DNA from: an uncultured Planctomycetaceae bacterium
Lineage (GTDB): Bacteria; Planctomycetota; Phycisphaerae; SM23-33
Length of the DNA stretch: 64,000 nt
Assembly (NCBI GenBank): GCA_964642855.1
Contig: CAZXSK010000011.1
Location: 10,042 to 74,041 of the forward strand
Direction of reading: 5' to 3'
Numbering within the stretch: position 1 is the first letter of the stretch; every line of letters starts with the position of its first letter. The notes beneath the pieces were generated by a model that was not told the origin of the DNA, ran no database searches, and worked only from the letters and a program-made list of their open reading frames with translations. The position numbers and the translations under genes are program-made. Of the stretch, positions 37,973-46,506 are shown piece after piece.

Positions 37973-38225
37973 CTTCCCCCGCCGTATCGTTGCCCTCGCC
38001 GTGGAGCGTGCCTGGGACCAGTGGGCACGCGAGCACCCGTCCCTGGCTGCGGCGCTTGACGACGTGCAGTTGATCAACCAGGCAGCCGAGTCGGTCCGCC
38101 ACACTCCCGCCTACCGCCGCGCGGTCGAGACGTTCCACCGCGACGAGCAGACGCTGATGCTCTTCGAGCGTCTGTGGAGCCTGGCCGGGCCGGCGGTTCG
38201 GGAGCTTCTCAGCGCAGCCGGATGA
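37959..38225 (+). CDS. small hypothetical protein, last gene of phage-like module
   Basis: 88 aa. ATG at 37959 overlaps the upstream gene's 3' end. Confidence 0.35.
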   Translation: MTSDDFPRRIVALAVERAWDQWAREHPSLAAALDDVQLINQAAESVRHTPAYRRAVETFHRDEQTLMLFERLWSLAGPAVRELLSAAG

Positions 38226-38676
38226 CCGCCGATTGCGTGTCGTTGTACGGGTCTCCGCGCCGGACGCGCACCGTGACCTCGAACGGGTACGGCAGCGTTT
38301 CCGCCCGGAGGCCCGGAGCATATTCCACCCGCACGGGCTCGTAGCGATCGAGCGGGACGGCCTTGCCGGGTGAAAGCTCGATCGACTTGCCTCCCGCGTC
38401 GGCGATGCTGATGCCCGCGGCGTCCAGCGCGATCGGCAGGCCGGAGGTGTTCTCGACTTCGACGATGAGCTTCTCCAGCAGCGGCGGGGTGGTGGTGTCG
38501 GCCACTTCGATGCCCCGCAGCGTGACCTGCCAGCCGGTCTTGCGGAGGGTCAGCCTGCGGGTCTGGACTTCCCACATTCCGTGCTCATCCTCGAACTCGA
38601 CGATCGCCGGGACCGTCCGATGAGACAGGCATCCGCCGGCGAGGAAGACAAGCAAAACAGTCGCGAGAGTTCGCAT
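38209..38676 (-). CDS. lipoprotein, hypothetical
   Basis: Signal peptide plus lipobox MRTLATVLLVFLAGGC. GGAGG Shine-Dalgarno sequence. Convergent with the phage-like module and overlapping it by 17 nt. Confidence 0.55.
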   Translation of the reverse strand: MRTLATVLLVFLAGGCLSHRTVPAIVEFEDEHGMWEVQTRRLTLRKTGWQVTLRGIEVADTTTPPLLEKLIVEVENTSGLPIALDAAGISIADAGGKSIELSPGKAVPLDRYEPVRVEYAPGLRAETLPYPFEVTVRVRRGDPYNDTQSAVIRLR

Positions 38677-38738
38677 GGTTGGCCTCCGGCCTGGTTGGGT
38701 GGTTTTCTTCGCGCGTTGGTCCGGCTACGATCATAGCC

Positions 38739-39107
38739 ATGCGATCACGGTTCGTCATCCAGATTCACACCGGCCACGGACCGACCCACTACGACCTGAT
38801 GGTCCGCCGGGGCGACGCGCTGGCGACGTGGCAGTTCGCGGATGACCCTCGGGCTGCAGATCGCGGCGGGTTGGCGTGCGAGCGGATCGCCGATCATCGT
38901 CTGGCGTACCTGGACTACGAAGGCCCGGTCAGCCGGGGACGGGGGGAGGTCCGGATTGCGGACGCAGGGTCGTGCGAGTTGCTGGAGGACGGTGACGATC
39001 GTTGGCGGGTGAGGTTTGAGGGGCGGGAGCTTCGCGGCGAGTTCCGGCTCATCCGCAGCGGCCAGAGCGAGGGCTGGTTGCTGAGCGAGCTTGGGGGCAG
39101 GGCCTAG
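38739..39107 (+). CDS. stand-alone DNA ligase D 3'-phosphoesterase (LigD-PE) domain protein
   Basis: FVIQIHTGHGPTHYDLMVRRGDALATWQF...HRLAYLDYEGPVS...GEVRIADAGSCELL aligns with the LigD-PE signature (FVVQ.H.A..LHYDFRLE...HVEDHPL.Y..FEG.IP...). About 122 aa. Confidence 0.65.
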   Translation: MRSRFVIQIHTGHGPTHYDLMVRRGDALATWQFADDPRAADRGGLACERIADHRLAYLDYEGPVSRGRGEVRIADAGSCELLEDGDDRWRVRFEGRELRGEFRLIRSGQSEGWLLSELGGRA

Positions 39108-39853
39108 CCGGGCGGGACGCGGTCGATTTCCAGCGTCAGCCGGCCGTCGTCGATGGTGATCTTGCGGATTTTGATGACCCGCCCGTCCCACGTGCCTTTC
39201 AGGGAAATTGGAGGCCCGTCGATGGCCTGGAGGATCGTCGCCAGCAGGGCGGCGATGTGGGCAGGTCCTTCGAGTTTCTCTTCATCCTGGCCGGGCTGGA
39301 GTCGACCGGCCAGCGCGGTCTTCAGGCCGTGGAGTTTGTCTTTGGCGATGCCGGGCGGAAGGGGCAGCCTGCCGATGCGGGTTTCGGCGAGGGAGACTCT
39401 CAGTTGCCCGTCGCCGACCGGCTGAAGGTCGAGTTTCGCCGAGAGCACCTTGTTGTACTCGGTCGAGCGGATCATGACGGTGATTGCACCGTCGTCGAGC
39501 ACGACGGCAGGTTCGGCCAGGCCCAGCCGGGCCATCGCCTGGTTGACCTCGCCGGGTTTGCGGCCCGGCATGACGGCGACGATCTCGTCCATCGAGGCGA
39601 GGTAGTTGTTGACGCGGTCCTGGTTGATCGACCAGCTGAAGGGCTCGGGGTTCTGGGCGTATTCGTTGAATTTGGCCAGGCGGTTGGCGAAATCCTTGAC
39701 CCACTGTTCGCGCTGGGCCTGGGAGAGTTCGGGGGGCTGGTACTGCTCGGGCACCCGGCTGGCCTGGAGGTAGATTATTCCCGCCGCTGCCAGGGGCAGG
39801 ATTACGAGCAACAGGACAATCCAGGTGACGGCCCGGCCTGAGGTGTTTGTCAT
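39104..39853 (-). CDS. N-terminally membrane-anchored hypothetical protein
   Basis: ATG at 39853. TM helix WIVLLLVILPLAAAGIIYL, then a soluble domain. Confidence 0.55.
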   Translation of the reverse strand: MTNTSGRAVTWIVLLLVILPLAAAGIIYLQASRVPEQYQPPELSQAQREQWVKDFANRLAKFNEYAQNPEPFSWSINQDRVNNYLASMDEIVAVMPGRKPGEVNQAMARLGLAEPAVVLDDGAITVMIRSTEYNKVLSAKLDLQPVGDGQLRVSLAETRIGRLPLPPGIAKDKLHGLKTALAGRLQPGQDEEKLEGPAHIAALLATILQAIDGPPISLKGTWDGRVIKIRKITIDDGRLTLEIDRVPPG

Positions 39854-40120
39854 CTACAGGAATCTCGCAGGTTTCCGTTGGGGGCTGACGTCCAGCCCGT
39901 TCTACGGAAGTATCGACGATTGCAGGGGAAAGACTTCAGGGAAGGATTGTCGGAAGGGCGATTCCCTCTGCCGGGGGCGGCCGGATCGGTGGAACGGTTT
40001 GCGATCCGTCGTGTGGGGCGACTATGATTGACTGCGAGGAAAGGAAAGGTGGCGTTCAGAACAGCAGGCTGGACGCCGCAAAGGAGGCGCCCAGCCCGCG
40101 GTATTCTGTCCCTGCTATGT

Positions 40121-40291
40121 TCAGCCGGCACTGATGGCGTCGACGGGGCACTCGCTTTCGCAGGCTCCGCAGTCGATGCAGGTGTCGGCGTCGATGACGT
40201 ATTTTGGATCGCCTTCGGAGATGGCTTCCACCGGGCAGACCGGCTTGCAGGATCCGCACATGGTGCAATCATCGGAAATCACGTATGCCAT
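40121..40291 (-). CDS. 2x[4Fe-4S] ferredoxin (56 aa; absent from the ORF track because it is <60 aa)
   Basis: Hand translation gives MAYVISDDCTMCGSCKPVCPVEAISEGDPKYVIDADTCIDCGACESECPVDAISAG*. It carries two CxxCxxCxxxCP motifs and AAGGAG upstream. Confidence 0.75.
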   Translation of the reverse strand: MAYVISDDCTMCGSCKPVCPVEAISEGDPKYVIDADTCIDCGACESECPVDAISAG

Positions 40292-40437
40292 TTGGGTCGC
40301 TCCTTCGTTTCGGGGAGGCTAACGATACCGGATCGGTCCATCCGACCGACCCATAACCTACTCTAGGGTGTCCGGCCGGGCGATTCCAGTACACCGCCCA
40401 GCCGACAACTCTTTATACTACATCTACGTAGAGTGCA

Positions 40438-40968
40438 ATGAAAGATCAAGAATCCAGCCCTCCGCAGCACGCCCACGGACGCGGCGTGAACATCGACAAA
40501 GCCCCGGTCACCGAATCGCTGCTCAAGCGGGCGTGGAACGAGTTCATCCTGTTTCTCCGGCACCACGGCGCCCGGGTTACCCAGGCGAGGAAGGTTGTCC
40601 TGGAAGCCGCACTGACCCGCAGAGACCACTTCCGCGCCGACGATCTGGCCAGTTCGCTGTCTCACGGCCCGGATCGCGTGAGTCGGGGCACCGTCTATCG
40701 AACCCTCGCCCTGATGGTCGAAGCCGGACTGATCCGGGAGGTCCGCGATACCGACGTCCACGTTCATTACGAGCCGGCATTCGGCCAGCCCGAGCACGAA
40801 CACCTGATCTGCGACCAGTGCGGGGCATTCATCGAGTTCATCGACCGCGATATCTCCGATCGCATCGAGAAGGTCTGCAAAGAGAACGACTTCCAGAGCA
40901 GAACTCACCGGGTCGTTGTCTTCGGAGTCTGCCGCAACTGCCAGGGCGACTACCGCAGCGAGTCGTAG
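40438..40968 (+). CDS. fur: Fur family transcriptional regulator (Fur/Zur/PerR)
   Basis: RVTQARKVVLEAAL...HFRADDL... is the winged-helix region, and HEHLICDQCGAFIEF...CRNCQ provides the metal-site His/Cys clusters. Confidence 0.85.
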   Translation: MKDQESSPPQHAHGRGVNIDKAPVTESLLKRAWNEFILFLRHHGARVTQARKVVLEAALTRRDHFRADDLASSLSHGPDRVSRGTVYRTLALMVEAGLIREVRDTDVHVHYEPAFGQPEHEHLICDQCGAFIEFIDRDISDRIEKVCKENDFQSRTHRVVVFGVCRNCQGDYRSES

Positions 40969-40984
40969 AGCCTCCAGCCTGGTA

Positions 40985-42043
40985 TCAGGCCTGGAGGTAT
41001 TCCACGTGCAGCGCCGGGCCCGGCTCGTCGGCCGATCGTGTCCGGATGATCAAACCATCCTCCGTCGGACGAATCACTTCCACCAGGCCGGTCGGTTGAG
41101 ATTCGTGCGTGTCTCCGCCCGGCTGGACCATCTCCGCAACGCATTGCAGCGCCGCCTGGCGTTTGGCCGGCGCGAAGAGCTCGTCATCCTTCTCCAGAAC
41201 CGCTTCGATCGCCGCCGCGGTCAGCAGTTGCGGTGCCATCGCGGAGAACATCTCGGTCGACGCGTACAGGTGGGCCCTGCAGATCCTGCCGTTGACAGCC
41301 ACCACGAGTCCGATGGCGTTCTCCATGTCCATCCGGTCGACCAGCGGAGCGACGTACGCCGAGGCGGCGCGGGCGGCCTGGGGATGCTCAAGGGTCTCGG
41401 CGAGACTGGTGGGGGAGTCGGTTTCGGTAACCGCCCTGCCGATCTTGGCGCCCAGTCGGTACTGAACCTTGGCGATCTCGCGCCAGAGGTTGCCCTGGTC
41501 GCTGCGACGCGCAATGCCGCTGAGGGCGCTGCTGAACAGCATGCAATCGGAAGGCCTGAGCAGATCGGACGGTCCGGAGGGGGCGGGCTCCCAGCGATCC
41601 CGTTCGACACTTCGGACCGTAAGCATCGCCGGCTCGACCTCGCCGGCCAGCAGCACGTCCCGCGGTACGACGCGGTCCTGCAGGCCTCCCCGCAGGATCT
41701 GACCTGCCTGGATGAACACAGGCCGGTCCGAGAGATTCTCGATTTCCACGCCGGTCGGATCGTCGGTTTCGCGAATGGCAACCTTCTGCTGCTCAAAGGC
41801 GTCGCGAAGGGTCACCAGGCCCTGCCCCTCGGAGGAATCCGCCGTGACGACGAAAACCGTGAGGTTCTCGTGGGCGTACGCCCGGGATACCGAGAGCTCC
41901 CGACCCATGTCTGAGACGGTTTCCTCGGCAGAAGCCGTCCGGGATGTGGATTCCGAACTGCTGCAACCAGATATACTTGCGATCAACACCCCGATGACAG
42001 CCAGAGCCTTGATAACCCACAAACTGCTGAGCCGACTACCCAT
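40985..42043 (-). CDS. lipoprotein, hypothetical
   Basis: ATG at 42043 with GGAGG 6 nt upstream. MGSRLSSLWVIKALAVIGVLIASISGCSSS is a signal peptide plus lipobox. Confidence 0.55.
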   Translation of the reverse strand: MGSRLSSLWVIKALAVIGVLIASISGCSSSESTSRTASAEETVSDMGRELSVSRAYAHENLTVFVVTADSSEGQGLVTLRDAFEQQKVAIRETDDPTGVEIENLSDRPVFIQAGQILRGGLQDRVVPRDVLLAGEVEPAMLTVRSVERDRWEPAPSGPSDLLRPSDCMLFSSALSGIARRSDQGNLWREIAKVQYRLGAKIGRAVTETDSPTSLAETLEHPQAARAASAYVAPLVDRMDMENAIGLVVAVNGRICRAHLYASTEMFSAMAPQLLTAAAIEAVLEKDDELFAPAKRQAALQCVAEMVQPGGDTHESQPTGLVEVIRPTEDGLIIRTRSADEPGPALHVEYLQA

Positions 42044-42161
42044 GGCCCGCCTCCAAATGTACGTACCGATCGAAACGACTACCCCCATAGACGCGCTTTC
42101 GGATCCGAAGTTCAGCCCATTGCCCCAAAAGCGGTGAAAAATGCCAGGTCCGGAAAGTTCT

Positions 42162-42791
42162 TCAGCCTGCGACGGCCTGCATCCACGCTTCGGCCATCAG
42201 GCCGTGTCCTGCCGGCGTCGGATGGACTCCGTCGGGAAGCCAATAACCCTTATCCCGCTTCTCCGCTGCTGCGCGGAATAGATCGTCGAACCGCAGGTAC
42301 CCATCCGCGTATTCTTCCGCCAGGGCGTCGACCGCTTCGATGCGCGGGTTCAGGTCTTCCCGCCAGGCCTTGCGGTCTTCGGGGATCGGCAGCAGGAAGG
42401 GCTGGCAGAGCACGATTCGGGCGGACAGCTCGCCGCGGATGCGGTCGAGAATCCGCCGGTAGCACGCGGTGAATTCGTCGACGGGCGAGATCAGATCCTT
42501 GTCGTATCGCCGCCAGGTGTCGTTGATTCCCACAAGGATCGACACGACGGACGGTTCCAGATCGATCACGTCGGCGTCCAGACGCTTTTCGAGGTCGTAG
42601 ACGCGGTTTCCGCTGATGCCCCGGTTGGAGAACCGCAGGTTCATCTCGGGGTGCCTCCCGCCCAGAACGGCTGCGCAGATCGCTGCATACCCGACGCCGA
42701 GTCCGTGGTTGCTGTTGTCCTGGGCGCGGCGTCCGGCGTCTGTGATGCTGTCGCCGAAGAAAAGCACGTGGTCGTTGGGTTTCAGCAGCAA
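42162..42791 (-). CDS. SGNH/GDSL family hydrolase
   Basis: VLFFGDSITDAG is block I with the catalytic Ser, and C-terminal DGVHPTPAGH is block V (DxxH). TTG start. Confidence 0.8.
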   Translation of the reverse strand: MLLKPNDHVLFFGDSITDAGRRAQDNSNHGLGVGYAAICAAVLGGRHPEMNLRFSNRGISGNRVYDLEKRLDADVIDLEPSVVSILVGINDTWRRYDKDLISPVDEFTACYRRILDRIRGELSARIVLCQPFLLPIPEDRKAWREDLNPRIEAVDALAEEYADGYLRFDDLFRAAAEKRDKGYWLPDGVHPTPAGHGLMAEAWMQAVAG

Positions 42792-42815
42792 GGGGTACAG
42801 CTCCTTTCTTGAGGA

Positions 42816-43808
42816 TCATACGGGTTGGCAGAGGTCCAGCAGATCTCCCAGATCCGCCGTAGCGAGGCACATCGTCGTGTCGGCTGCGCCGTAGTAGATG
42901 CGGACCTCGCCACCGTCCTCCAGCAGCATCCCGGTCGGGAAGATCACGTCATTGCGGAAACCGCCTTCCGTCTCGTACGACGCTTCGGGGGCGATGAGGG
43001 GGGTCGGGGACATCCCCACGATACGGGAGGGCTGTTCGAGGTCCAGCAGCATGACGCCCGCGAAGTAGACCTTCTGCCACGGATAGGGCTCCCACCCGTT
43101 GATGCCTCGCTGGGGATCGCGGATGACGGCATGGAAGGTAGTCAGCCAGCCACGTTCGGTGCGGATGGGCGGCGCGCCGGGGCCGATCTTGTCGTTGGCG
43201 AAGGGCACGTCTTCCACGCCCAGCACCAGCTCGCTGTTGCCCCAGTACACCAGGTCGGGCGAGTCACTCAGCCAGAGGTCAAAGCGATCGATCCCGCCCC
43301 GGCTGTAGACGGGGAAAGGCCGCTCCAGGCGGACGAACTTCCCGCCGATGCGCTCGGGGAACAGCACCATGTTCCGGTTGTCGGGCACGCTCATCGACAG
43401 AATGTCGAAATGATCGAAATCGTCGGTGACGGCTACTCCGCCCCGGACGCCGTGTTGGGTGTCGACCGCGAAGCACATCACGCACCGACCGTCGATGACG
43501 GTCAGTCGCGGATCGTAGCCGCGGCGGATCTCGTCATCGCGCAGGTCGAAACACGCCGACGGCTGAACGTCCCAGGAGATCCCGTCGTCGCTGAAAGCCA
43601 GCCCCAGGTTCGTGCCCTCAAAACGGGTCTGCTCGTCCCAGCCGTAATCGTTGCGGAAGACCATGACGTAGCGCCCCTGGTACTTGGCAATTCCAGCGTT
43701 GAACACCAGGTCGGAATCGAAGGGCACGTGCTGGGAGGTGAGGATGGGATTGCCCTCCAGGCGTGCAATTGCTGGGCTGGTCCTGAACGACTTCCAATCG
43801 GCGGCCAA
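42816..43808 (-). CDS. glycoside hydrolase family 130 (mannoside phosphorylase-like)
   Basis: GH130 beta-propeller character (EGNPILTS..., repeated D/W-rich blades, ...YYGAADTTMCLATA). I prefer the TTG at 43808 with AGGAGA 6 nt upstream over the ORF-track TTG at 43973. Confidence 0.75.
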   Translation of the reverse strand: MAADWKSFRTSPAIARLEGNPILTSQHVPFDSDLVFNAGIAKYQGRYVMVFRNDYGWDEQTRFEGTNLGLAFSDDGISWDVQPSACFDLRDDEIRRGYDPRLTVIDGRCVMCFAVDTQHGVRGGVAVTDDFDHFDILSMSVPDNRNMVLFPERIGGKFVRLERPFPVYSRGGIDRFDLWLSDSPDLVYWGNSELVLGVEDVPFANDKIGPGAPPIRTERGWLTTFHAVIRDPQRGINGWEPYPWQKVYFAGVMLLDLEQPSRIVGMSPTPLIAPEASYETEGGFRNDVIFPTGMLLEDGGEVRIYYGAADTTMCLATADLGDLLDLCQPV

Positions 43809-43975
43809 GGCGCGTCTCCTGTCAGGGGTGTTTTGCGGCGAAAGACGCGCATTTTCCCCGATCGGATGCCTCGGGCAAGGAAAAAGAAGGCCCGTCCGTT
43901 GACGGTTGACTTTCCCCCCGGCCCCACGATACACAGGTAGCGAGTCCCAACCCCCTGTGGAGGCGGGAAACAACG

Positions 43976-44140
43976 ATGGACAGGAATCTCATCATCGGCC
44001 TGGCGGTGCTGGCGTTCGCAGTCACCACGATGTCCGCGCTGGTCCTCTGGAGCCGGGCGATCATCCAGCGCATCGGGCGGACCTCGGCCAGGTCAGCCCG
44101 GGCGATCCAGTATGTCCTGAAGGTGCGAAAGCGTGGCTGA
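43976..44140 (+). CDS. possible small membrane protein (54 aa)
   Basis: ATG with GGAGG about 12 nt upstream. MDRNLIIGLAVLAFAVTTMSALVLW plus a basic tail. It overlaps the permease start. Speculative. Confidence 0.25.
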   Translation: MDRNLIIGLAVLAFAVTTMSALVLWSRAIIQRIGRTSARSARAIQYVLKVRKRG

Positions 44141-46409
44141 GCGTCCCCAGGTAACCACCGAACTGTCCCGCGACCTGAACCTCTTCCATATCACCATGAT
44201 GGGGCTGGGGATGATGATCGGGGCGGGGGTGTTCGTGGGCATCGGCCTGTCGATCCAGGGGGCAGGGACCGGAGGCCTGCTGCTGACGATGGCGCTCAAC
44301 GGGCTGATCGCGCTGTTCTCGGCGATGAGTTTCGCGGAGCTTTCCTCGGCCATTCCCCGCGCGGGCGGGGCATACAATTTCGCCCGCATCGGATTCGGAC
44401 GCGGGCCGAGTTTCCTGGCCGGCTGGATGGAGTGGCTGGCGTCCTCGGCTGCGGGGGGATTCTACGCCGTGGTCTTCGCGACCTTCACCGTGCGCTACTT
44501 CAACCCGCTGCTTCAGCTGGGGCTCGAGCCCCGTGGCGCGGCAGAGGGAATCATCATCCGTTTGGTTGCCATGCTGGCGGCGGGCCTGTTTGTCTACATC
44601 AACTTCCGGGGCTCCAGCGAGACGGGCAAGATCGGGGCGGTGTTCACCATCGGGCAGATGCTCTTTGTCCTGTCCATCGGCGTGGTGGGCATCGCGGTGG
44701 CGTTCTTCGACCCGGCCAGGCTGGAGAACTTCGACCCGTTCATTCATCCGGACGGCTGGTGGAAGCTGCTGGGCACGATGGGGGTGATCTACGTCGCGTT
44801 CGAGGGGTTCGAGGTCATCGCCCAGGCCGGCGACGAGACCATCAATCCGCGCAAGAACGTGCCCAAGGCGATGCTCTACTCGGTGATGATCGTCACGCTG
44901 ACGTACCTGGCCGTGGCGTTCGCGTCGGTCGTGGCGATCAAGGGTGAAGGCGACGTGCGCGTCTGGATGGAAACCAACGAGATGGAGCGGATCGATTTCT
45001 TCCGCGCCGCCGCTGCGAGGCTGCTGACACCCGGGGTCGGCGGGTTGCTGGTGACCCTGGCGGTGGTTTTCTCTGCGACCAGCGCGCTGAACGCGACGAT
45101 CTACTCCGCTACGCGCGCTTCCTACGCGCTGGGGCGCGACGGCATGCTCATGCCCGTGTTCGCGAAGATCCACCCTCGCCGGCAGACGCCCTACGGCGCG
45201 CTGGGCTTCACCAGCGTCATCGTGCTGATCGTCGCAGGGGTGATGCATTACGAAGACGCCTCCGCCACCGCGAGCATCATGTTCCTGCTGCTGTTTTTCG
45301 TGGTGAACGTCTGCGTGATCCGCATCCGTCGGAACCTTGGCGACGAACTGGAGTACGGCTACCTGATGCCTCTGTTCCCACTGTTCCCGATCCTGGCGAT
45401 TGTCTGCCAGGTCGCCCTGTGTGGCGGGATTCTGATGGAAAGCTGGGTCGCATGGGCGATCGCCGTTCCGTGGGTGTTGGCCGGTGTGGTGCTCTACAAC
45501 GTCTATTCACGCAGCCGGGCCCACGCCAGCGAGCACGACATCCACGTGCTGGAGGAGATCGAAGCCGCCGAGCCCGGCCGGCAGCGCGTGATGGTTTCCG
45601 TGGCCAACCCCGCCAACGCGCTGGAACTGGTGCAGGCGACCTACCGCCTTTGCCAGACGCGCCAGGACCCGCGCGTGGAACTGCTGCACATGGTGCCCGT
45701 GCCCGACCAGGTCCCGCTGTCCGACGCCGAGCAGTACGCCTTCGCCGGGCGCGAGGCGATTCTCGAGACCATGCTCTACCTCGCGCCACAGTTCCCGATT
45801 TCCACGCACCTGCGCTACTGCCGCGCCCCGGCGAGGGGGATCGTCTCGGCCGTCCGGGAGAAGAAGGTGAACCTCCTGATCATGGGCTGGCACGGCCGGC
45901 GGCGCCACAGGCTGTTCCGTCTGGGCTCGACGATCGACCCGGTCATCGAGCGGTCGCCGTGCGACGTGGTGGTCATGAAAAACTGCGGGGGCAACCGCAA
46001 GTTCAAGAGCGTGCTGGTTCCCCTGGCCGGCGGGCCCAACGGCGCGCTGGCGCTGGAGATCGCCGCTGCCCTGGCCGACCCTGACGACGGACAGGTCACG
46101 GCGTTTACCGTTCGTCGGCACGACCAGAAGTTCAACCTGGAAGCGTTCGTCGAGCAGAACCAGCCTCGCATGGCGATTCCGCCCCAGCGCGTGCAGACGC
46201 GGACCGTCGCGGCCGGCGACGTGGTCGAGGCGATCCTGCACGAAGCTGACAGCCACGACCTGGTCGTGCTGGGCTGCACGCGCGAGTCCGCCTTGGCGCG
46301 GATCGGTCACAACCCGGTGCCCGAGACCGTCGCCAGCCGCTGCGAAAAGCCCATCGTCATGACGCGCTCGGTCACCGGCGTACAGTCGTGGCTGCGGCGA
46401 TGGATCTGA
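44133..46409 (+). CDS. APC-family amino acid permease fused to tandem universal stress protein (UspA) domains
   Basis: The N-terminal ~470 aa have 12 TM helices with APC motifs (FHITMMGLGMMIGAGVFVG...). The C-terminal ~270 aa are two Usp-like alpha/beta domains (VMVSVANPANALELV..., VLVPLAGGPNGALALEIA...). Confidence 0.85.
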   Translation: MAERPQVTTELSRDLNLFHITMMGLGMMIGAGVFVGIGLSIQGAGTGGLLLTMALNGLIALFSAMSFAELSSAIPRAGGAYNFARIGFGRGPSFLAGWMEWLASSAAGGFYAVVFATFTVRYFNPLLQLGLEPRGAAEGIIIRLVAMLAAGLFVYINFRGSSETGKIGAVFTIGQMLFVLSIGVVGIAVAFFDPARLENFDPFIHPDGWWKLLGTMGVIYVAFEGFEVIAQAGDETINPRKNVPKAMLYSVMIVTLTYLAVAFASVVAIKGEGDVRVWMETNEMERIDFFRAAAARLLTPGVGGLLVTLAVVFSATSALNATIYSATRASYALGRDGMLMPVFAKIHPRRQTPYGALGFTSVIVLIVAGVMHYEDASATASIMFLLLFFVVNVCVIRIRRNLGDELEYGYLMPLFPLFPILAIVCQVALCGGILMESWVAWAIAVPWVLAGVVLYNVYSRSRAHASEHDIHVLEEIEAAEPGRQRVMVSVANPANALELVQATYRLCQTRQDPRVELLHMVPVPDQVPLSDAEQYAFAGREAILETMLYLAPQFPISTHLRYCRAPARGIVSAVREKKVNLLIMGWHGRRRHRLFRLGSTIDPVIERSPCDVVVMKNCGGNRKFKSVLVPLAGGPNGALALEIAAALADPDDGQVTAFTVRRHDQKFNLEAFVEQNQPRMAIPPQRVQTRTVAAGDVVEAILHEADSHDLVVLGCTRESALARIGHNPVPETVASRCEKPIVMTRSVTGVQSWLRRWI

Positions 46410-46445
46410 CGGCCCGCCCGCCGGGGGTCCGCACGGGCAGCGGCG

Positions 46446-46484
46446 CATGAAAAAGGCCCGGAAGCGTCGACGCGCTGCCGGGCC
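46446..46484 (-). terminator. bidirectional terminator between the convergent permease and oxidoreductase genes, strongest for the minus strand
   Basis: Near-perfect 30-nt palindrome GGCCCGGAAGCGTCGACGCGCTGCCGGGCC, flanked by an A5 run (T5 on the minus strand). Confidence 0.55.
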
Positions 46485-46506
46485 CGATTCTGCCTGACGT
46501 CGGGCG

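Noticed and set aside
40400-40437. Possible Fur box upstream of fur
   Set aside because: Only a short CTACGTAG palindrome is present, with no match to the canonical 19-bp GATAATGATAATCATTATC consensus. I kept it as a weak note, not a feature.
42816-43973. ORF-track TTG start at 43973 for GH130 (385 aa)
   Set aside because: The N-terminal 55 aa are R/P-rich junk. A TTG at 43808 is preceded by AGGAGA at ideal spacing and gives a 331-aa protein starting just before the conserved EGNPIL region.
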